From Octopus sinensis (taxonomy: Eukaryota), in NCBI RefSeq assembly GCF_006345805.1, contig NC_043016.1:8618001-8682000 (forward strand): a stretch of DNA of 64,000 nucleotides, written 5' to 3'. Positions within the stretch are counted from its first letter, which is position 1; the number at the start of each line of letters is the position of its first letter. Positions 24,011-37,210 of this stretch are shown in pieces. A model generated the notes under the pieces. That model worked only from the letters and a program-made list of their open reading frames with translations, did no database searches and was not told the origin of the DNA. The position numbers were made by a program, and so were the translations under genes.

Positions 24011-25859
24011 GTGAGAAGGTATAGTGCTTTGGAGGTATAATATCATTTAGGAGTGTACAAGCATGGAGAAGTAGACATTAAGATGATGGTTTATAATATA
24101 TCAATCATCATCATTGATATATTATAAACAATACATTCAAAAGAGATGTCTCAAGAATTCAATCACTACCACCATCCACAACAAGTCATTTTCAGGACAC
24201 TTGACCATTTAACATCCTACTACTATCATGGCACTAACGCATTCTTCTTCTTCTTCTTCTTCTTTGCCAAGAATTCACAACGAACCCACAAGAGTAAACA
24301 AGAGAGACAGAGACAGGCAGAAACAAGGAAAATGCCACTTGTATTTGAATACTATGCAAATATTCTTTTAAAAAAACTTTTCTTTTGATTTTTTCAAAAA
24401 TTAAATTGTTTTCCATACTTACAGTTGAAAAAGCCTCAATGACTGAAACCGGTATTGAAATGTTTTTTTTCTAAAATTATTTTAGCATTTTCTACCTTGA
24501 CTTTTTTCCATATATATCAACTTGTGTGTTCCTTTTCAACCTTCTACATAATATATATATATATTATATATACACACATATACATATATATGACAGGCTT
24601 CTTTCAGTTTCTGTCTGCCAAATCCACTCACAAGGTTTTGGTCAGCCTGAAGCTATAGTGGAAGACACTTGTCCAAGATGCCATGCAAGAAGACTCAACA
24701 TAAAGCTATGTTTGCACCTCTCTCTCTCTCTACATATATATATATATATATATAGAAGAACTAATACATACAGATAGGTGCATACTTCTACATGTATGAG
24801 AGTACATGTTTATATCTGTGCATGAATGTCTATATGAATGCGTGTTGTGTATGCATGTGCACACATCTGCAGTGCATACATCTGTTTGCCAACTATTTTT
24901 CTATACACAAAGACTAATGTATAACATCTGTGATTTGGGGAAAGCAATAATCTAGACGGATATAGTGACCTAAAAATAAATGAATATTTCTTTTATCACC
25001 AGTAGAAGTTGGCATTATAATTAGGAAAGAATCCTTATTTCGATTCTAAGACTTTGAAATGTCAGCCTGCAAAGCACTGTTGTACAACAATTGAGAAGAG
25101 CCAACAATGGCAATGAGTTTTCTACAGACTATTTCATTCAACAGCTTCATATAATAAACATGTGAAAGAGAGATTCAGAGAATGAGTGTATGACACAAAG
25201 AGAAAAAAAGAGAGAGAGAGAACAAAAGAGTAGAGGAGATATAGAGAGGGAGGGAACAAAAGAGAACAAGAGATTGAGAGAGAGAGAGAGAGAGACAAAC
25301 AGACACAGAGATAGCAAGGAAAAATTAAGAAAAATTAATTAAAAAAGTGAGAGAGAGAGAATGAAAGAAAAATGAGACTGAGAAAGAGAGAAGTCATTAA
25401 GAAAGAGAGTGAGAAAAAGAGAATGAAAGTTTGAAGAGAATGAAAGATTAAAAGATAATTAGAGAGAAAGAAAGAGAAAGGGAGAGAGCAGGAGAGACAG
25501 GGGAAAAAATGAGAATTACAGACAATTGGAAGAGAGTAATCCCATTATTGAATATTGTGGAATTAAGATGGAGACTAAGTGAACTGTAGTTAGTTGATTA
25601 TGTGGAGGCAAACAGTTATGGTAGAATTTAAGATAAAACGAAAACATTTGGAAGAACTATCTAATAACTTGAAAGAACACAGTAGCAGGAATATTTTTAC
25701 AGAATTCTTCCATATTGTTCCAGTCAGGGAAAATAAATATCATCATCATCATTGTCATTATGTTTTACATCTGCTTTTCCATGCTGGCATGGGTTGGATG
25801 AGACTTCTTGAGGTTTTAGCTCCAGGGCCAGCAAAATACTTCAGCCCTCTTCAGTTGTT

Positions 25860-26110
25860 TTGACCAGTAACATTTTCCTCGGGGCAGCAAATTGACTCCA
25901 CTGGTTTCTGCAGTTTTCTCTACATTCAGCTGTGTGATATAGGCTTCTCTTATGTCCATTATGAATGTTCTGCATCATGTAGTTTTTTGATCTTCCTCTC
26001 TTTCTTTCTCCCCTCCAATGGCATTTTAGGAAAGCTACTTTGGAATGGCACTGTTCCGGTGGCCAGAGCATATGAAATATGCTAGTTTCAAATTTCAGTC
26101 TGGGACGATT
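25860..26110 (-). mobile_element. Decayed RTE LINE 3' fragment
   Basis: LWPPEQCHSKVAFLKCHWRGERKRGRSK resembles the RTE segment ...PK.AL.W.P.GKRKRGRP. Confidence 0.45.
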
Positions 26111-26495
26111 TCACTGAGCGTTTCGATGCTGGCTCACTTTAGAATACCTTCAATTGCTTACCCTCCACAATATTCAAATATAACCCACTTTAAAATACTC
26201 TTCACATATCTGGGATGGTGATGTGGTCACTATTCATCAAACATTCATTTAGTGAATTGACAAAGACTTATTTAACAACAGACTCTTAGCACTGGGAGCA
26301 TAATATATTTTTTTTTCTTCTTTATTACATTAACATTTGTTCCTCTGAGTAATGAAGTACATCAAGTGCAAGAATCCATCACTACAGGGACCACAGCCAC
26401 TACAATCCAACGACTACAGTTGTTGCAACTGCGTTGCTTTGAAAACTAAGGAATGCCTTTAACTTATTCTTTCTTCTTCAGAGCTATATATATAT

Positions 26496-26727
26496 ATTTC
26501 TTTATTGCCCACAAGGGGCTAAACATAGAGGGGACAAACAAGGACAGACAAAGGGATTAAGTCGATTACATCGACCCCAGTGCATAACTGGTACTTAATT
26601 TATCGACCCCGAAAGGATGAAAGGCAAAGTCGACCTCGGCGGAATTTGAACTCAGAACATAACGTCAGACGAAATACTGCTAAGCATTTCGCCCGGCGTG
26701 CTAACGTTTCTGCCAGCTCGCCACCTT
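26496..26727 (-). mobile_element. SINE-B monomer, TSD about agctatata
   Basis: Near-consensus copy. Confidence 0.88.
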
Positions 26728-27076
26728 ATAGCTATATAACACTCAGAATTCTCTTCCAACCCACATATTTTACCTGAGACATCAATAACAGAAGTTCAAA
26801 ACAGAACATCAACCATATTGCTCCTATGTCATCATCATCATCATCGTTTATAGACACATTACACTTGCATCATACACAACGACAGCCACACCACACCCTG
26901 TTCTTTCTTTAATGCCATAACTTCAGCAACCATCACTTAAAACTGCTACCTTCCATGAAGGGTACTGACCATGGTTTTCAAAGGACACTTTTATGTCACT
27001 CTCTCATGGGTCACTTCCTTAAAATGATGGTTTGATTGACTCGAAAATCTGAGTGCCACAAGCTGTGCCCAGCTAT

Positions 27077-27311
27077 ACCTATTTCTTTATTACCCACAAG
27101 GGGCTAAACACAGAGAGGGCAAACAAGGACAGACACACGGATTAAGTTGATTACATCGACCCCAGTGCGTAACTGGTACTTATTTAATCGTCCCTGAAAG
27201 GATGAAAGGCAAAGTCGACCTCGGTGGAATTTGAACTCAGAATGTAGCAGAAGACGAAATACTGCTAAGCATTTCACCCGGCATGCTAATGATTCTGCCA
27301 GCTCGCCGCCT
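27077..27311 (-). mobile_element. SINE-B monomer, 12-bp TSD gtgcccagctat
   Basis: TSD at 27065-27076 and 27320-27331. Confidence 0.88.
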
Positions 27312-27638
27312 ATACCATAGTGCCCAGCTATGCCATCGTCCAGCTTATCTAGGAGTACCAAAAACAAGATTGTGCTGAATCCCTTTCACTTCTGACTAGA
27401 ATTTTTTAAAATACTATTCCCATACACACATGTACATACACACATGCATACACATGAGCATATTATATATATATATATATATTATATATACATGCGTAAC
27501 CGTTTGCATTAATTACACCCACATGAACATACACACACACACTTATGCATATATCATATTACAACTAATTGGAAAATTTTAAAAGCCACATGTCATTAAG
27601 TTGTTGAAATAATTATTTCTTCATTTACTATACATACA

Positions 27639-27713
<75 letters not shown>

Positions 27714-28360
27714 TGAGGAAGAGAGAGAGAGATGGGGGTGGGATATTTAAAAAAAATGAAAGCTAACAAAAAAATGAATGTTGTTACGAAAGATGTACAT
27801 CTTCCTGTGGTTAATGATTTAGGAATATATATTTCTTCCTGAGAGGTATCTAAGATAGCAATCAAAGAAGAATAAAATAAACTAAAGCAAATATTTACAA
27901 AAAAAAAATAATCAGAAGCTCTCTAAGAAAGACAAGCTATAAGATGTCTTCCTGCTTGTTGTGAGTTGTAGAATTAGTTGGTTCTAGTGAACAGCATCCG
28001 GTAAGCAAGATGAGTTCAAGGCAGCAGACTCAGCCCTTGGCTGCAGAAAGATGAAAGTAGCAATAGTGATTAATGACAGACTAACCATTCAGTGGTCCTG
28101 TCAAAGAGTGGTGCCACTCTGGATTATGATGCATCAAAATACCTCCTTCTGTAATCCATGGAATCGGGTTCCAAAATGCCATACATTGACCTAGCTCAAT
28201 AACTCCTTTGTTTTATTTACTTGAATAGATTGATTAATGGAATCAATTTTTTAAAATCAAATCTGAACTCAAACCCTTTTGATACAAACCCAATATAGCC
28301 CATTTCATTATGGTTCCATATCACAAAATTCCTCAGTTTAAATTAAATTTATATAACAAG

Positions 28361-28715
28361 CAGGGCTGGATTTATGCATGGACCAGACCAATACAGGTCA
28401 TGGCCTGGATGCCCCTTCAATTCAGAGACGTCCAAAGCTTAAAGTTAACAAATGTTTTTTTTAAATATTTTCAGCAATAAATAAATAATTTGTAATTGTT
28501 TTTTCACATGCTTAAATTTTTTATTAATCCAATCAAGTTCTTTCAAAATGATTGAGCCTTCAAATTCAAAAACGCTTTAAATTTAACTGCATCTTTCAAA
28601 ATGTATCAAGATCCTTAGTTTTGGGCCCTCTTCAAACTGTCTGGGGGATCACTTTATTATATTCTGAAATTTTAAAAAAATCAAAGGGGTTCCACTAGGT
28701 CTAAAACTGACCCTA
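28361..28715. mobile_element. Possible decayed hAT-like MITE
   Basis: Termini CAGGGCTGGATTTA / TAAAACTGACCCTA form an imperfect TIR; no 8-bp TSD is evident. Confidence 0.35.
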
Positions 28716-29200
28716 AGTTAAACATGCATCAAATTATATTAAATACTTAAATCAAAATCTCCCAAAATGTAAAGAGAAAACCCTCTTCAAATCTACACTT
28801 CAGATCAATAATGGCAAATTTAGTCATTTTAATAAATTCCACCATTCTTGAGTATTTCTTTAATTCATTAAAGTACACATCATGCTTCAGTGGAAATATG
28901 GCCACTGAATGGTTAAACATAATACTACACCAATAATACTACACCAATTGGGAATAAACATTGAAACAATCATGTATATATGATATGGGAGAAAAAAATC
29001 CATATCTACACATTAAAAACTCTTGTTAGCAACAACATATACAATGGTAATGCAAATGTAGGCAAATATATGATTTCCATTAGAAAGAAGAATTATGTGA
29101 AAGACTCAAGAAGGACAAAGAAATACAAAGAGAAGATGAAGATCGAAACCATTTTAGTTCTCAAAACCTTATCCTTTAGCATTCAGATTATTCTCTCTTT

Positions 29201-29632
29201 CTTTTACTGTCTTTTACTTGTTTCAGTCATTTGACTGTGGCCATGCTGGAGCACCACCTTTAGTCGAGCAAATCGGCCCCAGGACTTATTCTTTGTAAGC
29301 TTAGTACTTATTCTATCAGTATCTTTTTGCCGAACCGCTAAGCTACGGGAACGTAAACACGCCAGCATCGATTGTCAAGCGATGTTGGGGAGACAAACAC
29401 AGACACAAACATAGACACAACATGCATATATATATATAATATATTATATATATATATATACACATTTATATGACGGGCTTCTTTCAGTTTCCGTCTACCA
29501 AATCCACTCACAAGGCTTTGGTCGGCCCGAGGCTATAGTAGAAGACACTTGCCTAAAGGTGCCGCGCAGTGAGACTGAACCCGGAACCATGTGGTTCGTA
29601 AGCAGGCTACTTACCACACAGCCACTCCTACG
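29201..29632 (-). mobile_element. SINE-A, full length
   Basis: Near-consensus copy. Confidence 0.9.
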
Positions 29633-30007
29633 ACTATTCTGTTAAATGTTTATTTATTCATGCTGAATGACGATGATGATGATGATTGTTTTTTCAATTA
29701 ACCATGCATTATCTTGTATTAACAAGATTTTGATGATGCGATTGTAGGTTGGGTTAAGGGGCCAGATCAGGCCCATTTTGAACATAAAATTGGCAGGATA
29801 TTTGAGCCAGATGAGGCTGATCTAAATGCTGAAGGGTTAAATTAAATGGTTATTTTCAAACCAAGCATCATCATTTTCATGTAATTTTTATTTTTTTTAT
29901 TTCTAAGCAAAACTTCCTAATCATAATAGTATTTTTTACTCAATATTTTATTTTATTCTTGAGAAAGTTACCATCTTTCACTCAAAATGTCTTTAGGTAC
30001 GACTGAG

Positions 30008-30742
30008 GTGCAGGCATGGCTGTGTAGTTAGAAGCTTGCTTCCCAGCCACATGGTTCTGGGTTCAGTCCCACTATGTGGGACCATGGGCAAGTGTATTCT
30101 ACCATAGTCTCAGACCAACCAAAGCCTTGTGAATGGATTTTGTAGACAGAAACTGAAAATCTCTATATATATAAACAGCAAAATGTCTGTCTATATGTGT
30201 GTGTGTGTATCCTTTATACAAATCCACAATTTTTCAGTTAGAGGGCTCGCACTTTCTATGGTCATTCAAAACCATCCAAGGGTGGTCGTGCACATCTTTA
30301 CATTTCCCCAGTCACCCCGCAAAGCCATTAAAAAGTCAATAGAAGTGACTTTTTTGTGAATTTTCTATCCAAAACCCAATCAAAATGCCCGAAACTTGAT
30401 ATGCCAATTGAATGCCAGCTAGCTGTATGTGATTGGTCTGAGATTTGGACAGTACTCGCGTGTATGTGCGCACGCACACAGCTGTATATGCATGCATTAG
30501 CACTATGTAAATATATGTTTATGCTTATATCTTTGTGTTTGTCCTCCTCCCCACCCCCACCACTAAACAACCAGTGCTGATGTATTTATGTCCCTGTAAC
30601 TTAGCAGTCCAGCAAAAGAGACCAACAGAATAAGTATCAGGCTTTGAAAAATAAGTACTGGAGTTGATACATTGGGCTAAGAATTTTTCAAGGCGGTGCC
30701 CCAGCATGGCCCCAGACAAATGACTGAGACAATTAAAAGATA
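30008..30742 (+). mobile_element. SINE-A interrupted by a Helitron-like 5' segment (about 30160-30490)
   Basis: The insert starts A|TCTCTATATATATAAAC (a Helitron-style 5' end). No CTAG/hairpin 3' end is seen. Confidence 0.5.
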
Positions 30743-31113
30743 AAAAAAAAAGATGCCCTGGCAGTAAGTTTCTCCTTATGCTACCCCACCTTAATTTCTA
30801 TCAGTAATTAGGGGAAACCTGGAAGGTAAGAATGAACACTTTGTTTGCCCAGCACACTGGATTCAAGAAAATTTAAAGATGCCGTCTTCAGCAACAAAAC
30901 AGCAATAATTGCATCCCTTTTCGCTATATGACTGCATCTTTTGTTTGTCGTTCTTCGATTATCCTTTATTATTTTTATTATTTATCAAGAGGATATTTGA
31001 TGGCTGGTTCATTAGGGTGCTTGACAAAATTCTGTGCAATATGTCATTTTATGCTCTGAGTTCAAATATGCTTCAGGTAAATCTTTACTTTTTGTCCCTT
31101 GGTAATACAAGTA

Positions 31114-31537
31114 TAAAGGCAGCGAGCTGGCAGAAACGTTAGCATGCTGGGTGAAATGCTTTGCGGTATTTCGTCTGCCGCTACGTTCTGAGTTCAAATT
31201 CCGTCGAGGTCGACTTTGCCTTTCATCCTTTCAGGGTCGATTAAATAAGTACCAGTTACGCACTGGAGTCGATGTAATAGACTTAATCTGTTTGACTGTC
31301 CTTGTTTCTCCTCCCTGTGTTTAGCCCCTTGTGGGTACTAAAGAAATAGGTATTTCGTCTGCCTCTACGTTCTGAGTTCAAATTCTGTCGAGGTCGACTT
31401 TGCCTTTCATCCTTTCGGGGTCGATTAAATAAGTACCAGTTACGCACTGGAGTCGATGTAATCGACTTAATCCGTTTGTCTGTCCTTGTTTGTCCTCTCT
31501 GTGTTTAGCCCCTTGTGGGTAGTAAATAAAAACGTAT
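31114..31537 (+). mobile_element. SINE-B dimer, 9-bp TSD atacaagta
   Basis: TSD at 31105-31113 and 31538-31546; junction aaagaaataggtatttcgtctg at about 31349. Confidence 0.85.
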
Positions 31538-32370
31538 ATACAAGTACCAGTCATATACTGAGTTGGTTTAATCAACTTAATAAATCCATGGTTTTATAAA
31601 TCCAACTTTAAAAATTCAATAAAGGAAAATAATTTCAACTGGGAATGTTCCAGAAGACAGTTTAATTGAACAAGACTATCATTTTGTTCATCTAACATGA
31701 TACAATTTTTTTTTTCGTAAATGTTTCTTATGCAACTATACACTTTTTTATATTTCGGTATTAATTTTCTATTAATTTACCCCAAGCTAATTGTATATAT
31801 GTTTCTGCTCCAACTTACTGAACACAGGCTATCAAATAACACTGTCTGCTAATCAAAACACCATGGATTATATAAGGTCAGTTATAAAGAATAATAAAAT
31901 ATTTATTACAGCAAGTTCCAAGAAGATTAAATTAAATTTCAAATTTGACCATGGTAATTGAGTTAACTAAACCTGATACATCAAATTTTTGCAGTGTTTC
32001 AGAAAAATTTAAATATCAACTAATGAAGTTTGATTATTTTTCATTTCACAGACTGAAATCAGTAAAGAAACAATAAATGATTGGATGGAAAAAAAAAAAA
32101 AATGTGATTTGCTCATAGGTAAAAAAAAAAAAAAAAAATTAAACTTATTTCTTGATGTAAAAATTGATTATCTCTAAGTCAGAAAGCTTTAAATCTACAG
32201 AGGAAGCAAAATGGTACATGGACAATGTGGCAGAAGTGAACTTGCTTCAACCAGATTGCAATCACTAAATAAGGTAGTTTTAAATACAATAGCTATGAGA
32301 ATAGAGCCATGGGAGCACGGATTCTAAGAGAACAAGCCAATGAGGGAGAGTCTATGCAGTTGCTCGACCT

Positions 32371-32761
32371 TTACTCTCTTTACTCTTTTACTTGTTTCAG
32401 TCATTTGACTGCAGCCATGCTGGAGCACCGCCTTTAGTCGAGCAAATCAACCCCAGGACTTATTCTATCGGTCTCTTTTTGCTGAACTGCTAAGTTACAG
32501 GGACGTAAACACACCAACATCAGTTGTCAAGCAACGTTGGGGCGACAAACACAGACATACAAACACATACACACACATACACATATATATAAACATATAT
32601 ACGATGGGCTTCTTTCAGTTTCCGTCTACCAAATCCACTCACAAGGCTTTGGTCGGCCCGAGGCTGTAGTAGAAGACACTTGCCCAAGGTACTACGCAGT
32701 GGGACTGAACCCGGAACCATGTGGTTGGTAAGCAAACTACTTACCACACAGCCACTCCTGC
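32371..32761 (-). mobile_element. SINE-A, full length
   Basis: Near-consensus copy. Confidence 0.9.
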
Positions 32762-33357
32762 TACAAATGGCAACCAAATACCTCACAAATCACACCGAAC
32801 GATCTTAAAAGGAGAACACACTGGAACGTGCAGTGGATGCATAGAACAACAAATATTTTAAGGCAATTTTCCCTAAAGCAGGGGTTAGTTTTTATGGTCC
32901 CCATGACAGTCTTTTCCACTGTGTTCAATACTCTAGATTTCTTCTCACCAACCCATGATACACATTGCTTGGTAAAAAATAAAATTAAAAAAAAAAATAA
33001 AGCACAAGAAAGTTCATGAATTTCAGTATTTTTTGCCTGGGTAATGTGAGGCACAACAACAAAACAATCAAGTCACAGATCCAGCTTATTAAAAATTTCT
33101 ATAAGATCACCATTACCACTTAATGTCCACTTTATCTATGCTTAAATGGATCAGACAGAATTTATTTGAGGCAGATTGTCTATGGTCGGATGCCCTTCCT
33201 GTTGCCAACCCTCACATATTTCCAAACAAGGTAAATACTTCTGTTAGGAGGAAGATGCAAGTATGAGGTGTGTGGTGTATATGGAGAGAGAGGGTTTGTC
33301 GACATGTGATACAAATTTGATAACTGGTAACATGAATGCATGATGTAACAAGTGGGT

Positions 33358-33392
<35 letters not shown>

Positions 33393-33540
33393 TAGTAGTA
33401 GTAGGTGCAGGCATGGAAGTTTACATGAAAACCATTAAGATGTGGATTCAATACCAATGTGGTGCTAACTAAGGTAATTCTATTTTATAATAGCCTCTGT
33501 CAATCCAAGTGAAATTGGGTAGACAGAAACTGTAGAGAAG

Positions 33541-33954
33541 GCGGCGAGCCGTTAGGTTCGGAGTTCAAATTCCGCCGAGGTCGACTTTGCCTTTCATCCT
33601 TTCGGGGTCGATTAAATAAGTACCAGTTACGCTTTGGGGTCGATGTAATCGACTTAATCCATTTGTCTATCCTTGTTTGTCCTCTCTGTGTTTAGCCCCT
33701 TATGGGTAGTAAAGAAATAAGAAGGTGGCGAGCTGGCAGAAACGTTAGCATGCTGGGCGAAATGCTTATCGGTATTTCATCTGCCGCTACGTTCTGAGTT
33801 GAAATTCCGCCGAGGTCAACTTTGCCTTTCATCCTTTTGGGGTTGATAAATTATGTACCAGTTACGCACTGGAGTTGATGTAATCGACTTAATCCGTTTG
33901 TCTGTCCTTGTTTGTCCCCTCTGTGTTTAGCCTCTTGTGGGCAATAAAGAAATA
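33541..33954 (+). mobile_element. SINE-B dimer (full head-to-tail), 16-bp TSD agaaactgtagagaag
   Basis: TSD at 33525-33540 and 33955-33970. The second unit starts with a complete head at about 33722. Confidence 0.88.
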
Positions 33955-36317
33955 AGAAACTGTAGAGAAGAATATTAGATAGGTTGTAACTGTAATTGTC
34001 ATAGCAATTCTGCCAAGGATTATTGTTAAGTCTACAAATTCATTTAAAAAAGACAAGAAAAAACCCAGAGCTGTCATTCACAAACAAGTATGACTTGGTA
34101 ACATGTACAATGCATTTGCAAATTGTTTTAGATGTCTATGTAATCACAAGCAATGACTGACAACAGACACTCTGCCTTTCCTACCATGACCTAACAAAAC
34201 ATGAGACAATGACAGCCGCAGAAAGAGAGACAAAGCAGGCTGCACCAGCACTAGGCTGGTACGCATATTCCATTGAGAAAACTGGAGCAACATGAAATAA
34301 AGTGTCATGCCCAAGAACATAAAATACTGTTTGGTCCAGGAAGTGAACCCAAGACTTCATGATCACAATCCTGACACCCTTAACCACTAGGTCACACACC
34401 TTTGCTCAGCCATTTACTTTATAATTCACTTCGAAGAGTACTGTATTTTCCAGCATTCAAGTCAAATTTTTCAGACCAAAATTTACAATCAAAAACGGTA
34501 GGTCGACTTATATATACAGACAATTTTTGAGGACCTAAAATTCCATGTGGAATGCAACAAGATATAGTAAAGTAGTGATTATGTCTAAATGTTTACACTC
34601 CATACTACACTGACTTCTATGCTGTACATAATTTTGCTGGCCAATCAACTGAAACATTGATCATCAAACTTAATACAAGATCCTTCCTCATTAACCAAAC
34701 CTAAGGATTTTGTATAACTAGCAACCCCCTAATATTTGTATATACCTATGTAGTTAAAAAGAAATAATGGCAAAAAAAATTAAAGGTTTTTTTACATAAC
34801 ATATAAATGAATGCAACATGGGAGTGAAGAATACTAACAATATTATTAAATCTATGCACATTTAGAAGACACACACATACACACATGTATACAAATCACA
34901 CATATATACATAATTACACATGCATACAAATCATACACACCACATACACATACACACTCTCTTTTTTTTTTTTGTTCCTTCTTGAGCCATGCCTGGCTCA
35001 TAAGGGCCGGTTTCTTTGGCGCATAGGTTCCCCACCTGGACGGGACGCCAGTCCATCACAGGTGAGCTGCAAGATGCAGGAGGAAAGAGTGAGAGAAAGT
35101 AGTGGCAAAAGAATCAGCAGAAGTTCGCCATTGTCTTCTGCTGGAGCCACGTGGAGCTTAGGTGTTTCGCTCATAAACACACACATCGCCCAGTCTGAGA
35201 TTCAAACCCGTGAGTCCGCTGCTCTAACCACTAGGCCATGTGCCTCCACACACACTCTATACACTTCATCTAATCCCACCATTGTGTTAAGCCCTCACAA
35301 TCATTAACATGTTTATACATATGTGTAAGCTTGTGTGTGTGTGTGTGTGTGTGTGTTACATGTGCTGGCAAGCCTAAGTGCATGGATTTGGATATGCGTA
35401 AGAGAGTAAAAGAGAGTAAGTACTTGTCTGTAGTAATACAGATCATTATCAAATAAAACTGTCCCCATTTTTTTTGTATGGCAATTATAACAACTTCCAT
35501 ACATAAACTGTGATCATACACACACACATAATGTCATGATTTCACACACGTCGATATTTATATGCACACACAAACACAGACACACAGACACACACACATT
35601 ATTTATAATGAATGAGAGAAAAAGTACTCCACATATGTTACAGCATAAGTATTCAATTTCTACTTTTCTGCATTGCTACAGTTTACACATTCTCATTTTT
35701 CTTCAGGCAGTGAGAATTTTCTCTCCACACACACACACACACACACACACATATGGTGCGCTGTAAGAAATTCCCGATTATTTAAATATAGTTTATGGTA
35801 ATCCTTCGGTAGGTGGTGATTAAAAAAAAGTAAATAAGAATTAACGGGGGAAATAATAACTAGGGAACTATTGGGAGCCTAAATAATGGTATGTACTCTC
35901 ATGAAGTGATTGTACATCAGAACTTTGCAGATCCGACAAATAAGAACGTCCATACACAAAATGTAGAGAATATGCAGATATGTGTAAAAACAAAAAACTA
36001 CGACGTCAATTTGGAATGTCAGATAATTTATTCATTTCATATTTACACAAATTTATATGGAAGAATTCTATACCAAAGAAAAAGACATTTGTTCACTTTT
36101 TGGTTGCTATAGCCAATGTCTACGTTGTTTAACAGTAAGTTGACATTTATCTCCCCTTGTTATTTCCCTTTAATTTTTATATATTTTTTTAATCACCACA
36201 TACTGAAGGATTACTGAGGTTTATTTTATTAAATGTAGTTTGAAATTGTACAAAAAATAATGATCGCTCCCCAACATTCAATTGTTTGTTTACGTTCAGC
36301 AAGCAAAACACTTCAAT

Positions 36318-37210
36318 ATGGCAAGTTAACAGGCGAAAATGAGATTGTAACTGAAAAAAGCAGGACTATATAGCGCCAAAGACATGGCTTCAAAGGGTTG
36401 GCGTTGATCCCAAAACAGTCTATGATGTCATGAAACGCTACTGTGAGACAGGTTCAATAGGCAGCAAAACCATTCCTGGACGAAAACCATCCGTAAGGAC
36501 GAAACGATTGGTGGATGTCGTGTGAAAGAGTGTCGTGAAATCCACAGCGGAGCATGAGGCAAATGGCTAAAAGTCCCAATATTTCTCAGATAACAATGCA
36601 GCGGGTCATGCATGAAGACCTAAATTGGCTGCTTCCAAAGCAAAGTGACTGGACAGATGCAAGAAAATAGCAGAGGAGAGTCAGTGCGCCAGTGACAATG
36701 TCTCCTTCTGGTCAGACGAAACGATATTCACTGTGGAGGCTGTAGCGAACACACAGAATGACAAGATTTTGACCAAGAGGTCAGCTACTGTTCCCAAATG
36801 CACCCGTAAAGTGTTTCGCCGAATGAAATCCGCCAGAGTGATGGTTTAGGCGGCAGTGTCATTCGATGGTGGAAAATCTACTCTGGTATTCATTAAAGAG
36901 GGGATGAAGGTCAATTTGGCAATTTACATGAAAATGTTGGGGGGATAATATTTTGCCATGGGTGACCGAAACACTTGGAGATAATTACATGTTCATGCAA
37001 AATGGTACTGCTTCTCATTCATCTAATGAGACACAGCCATTTCAACGGGTTCAGCAAGAATGTGTGGACCCCTACAGCCCGGACGTCAACCCTATGGGCT
37101 TTGCTATTTGGCCCATTCTAAAAAGTGACGTTTTTAGAGTTTCCTACAAAAGTATCACCGCTCTAAAGAAAACAGTCACATTATGGGATCGTTTAAGTGG
37201 AGACATCGAA
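36318..37210 (+). pseudogene. Tc1/mariner-superfamily transposase relic (maT/DD37D-like motif style)
   Basis: Frameshifted motifs FWSDETIFTVEAVANTQND, VMV*AAVSFDGGKSTLVFIKEG, FMQNG, PYSPDVNPMGFAIW. Truncated by a SINE-A 3' part at 37205-37370. Confidence 0.85.
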
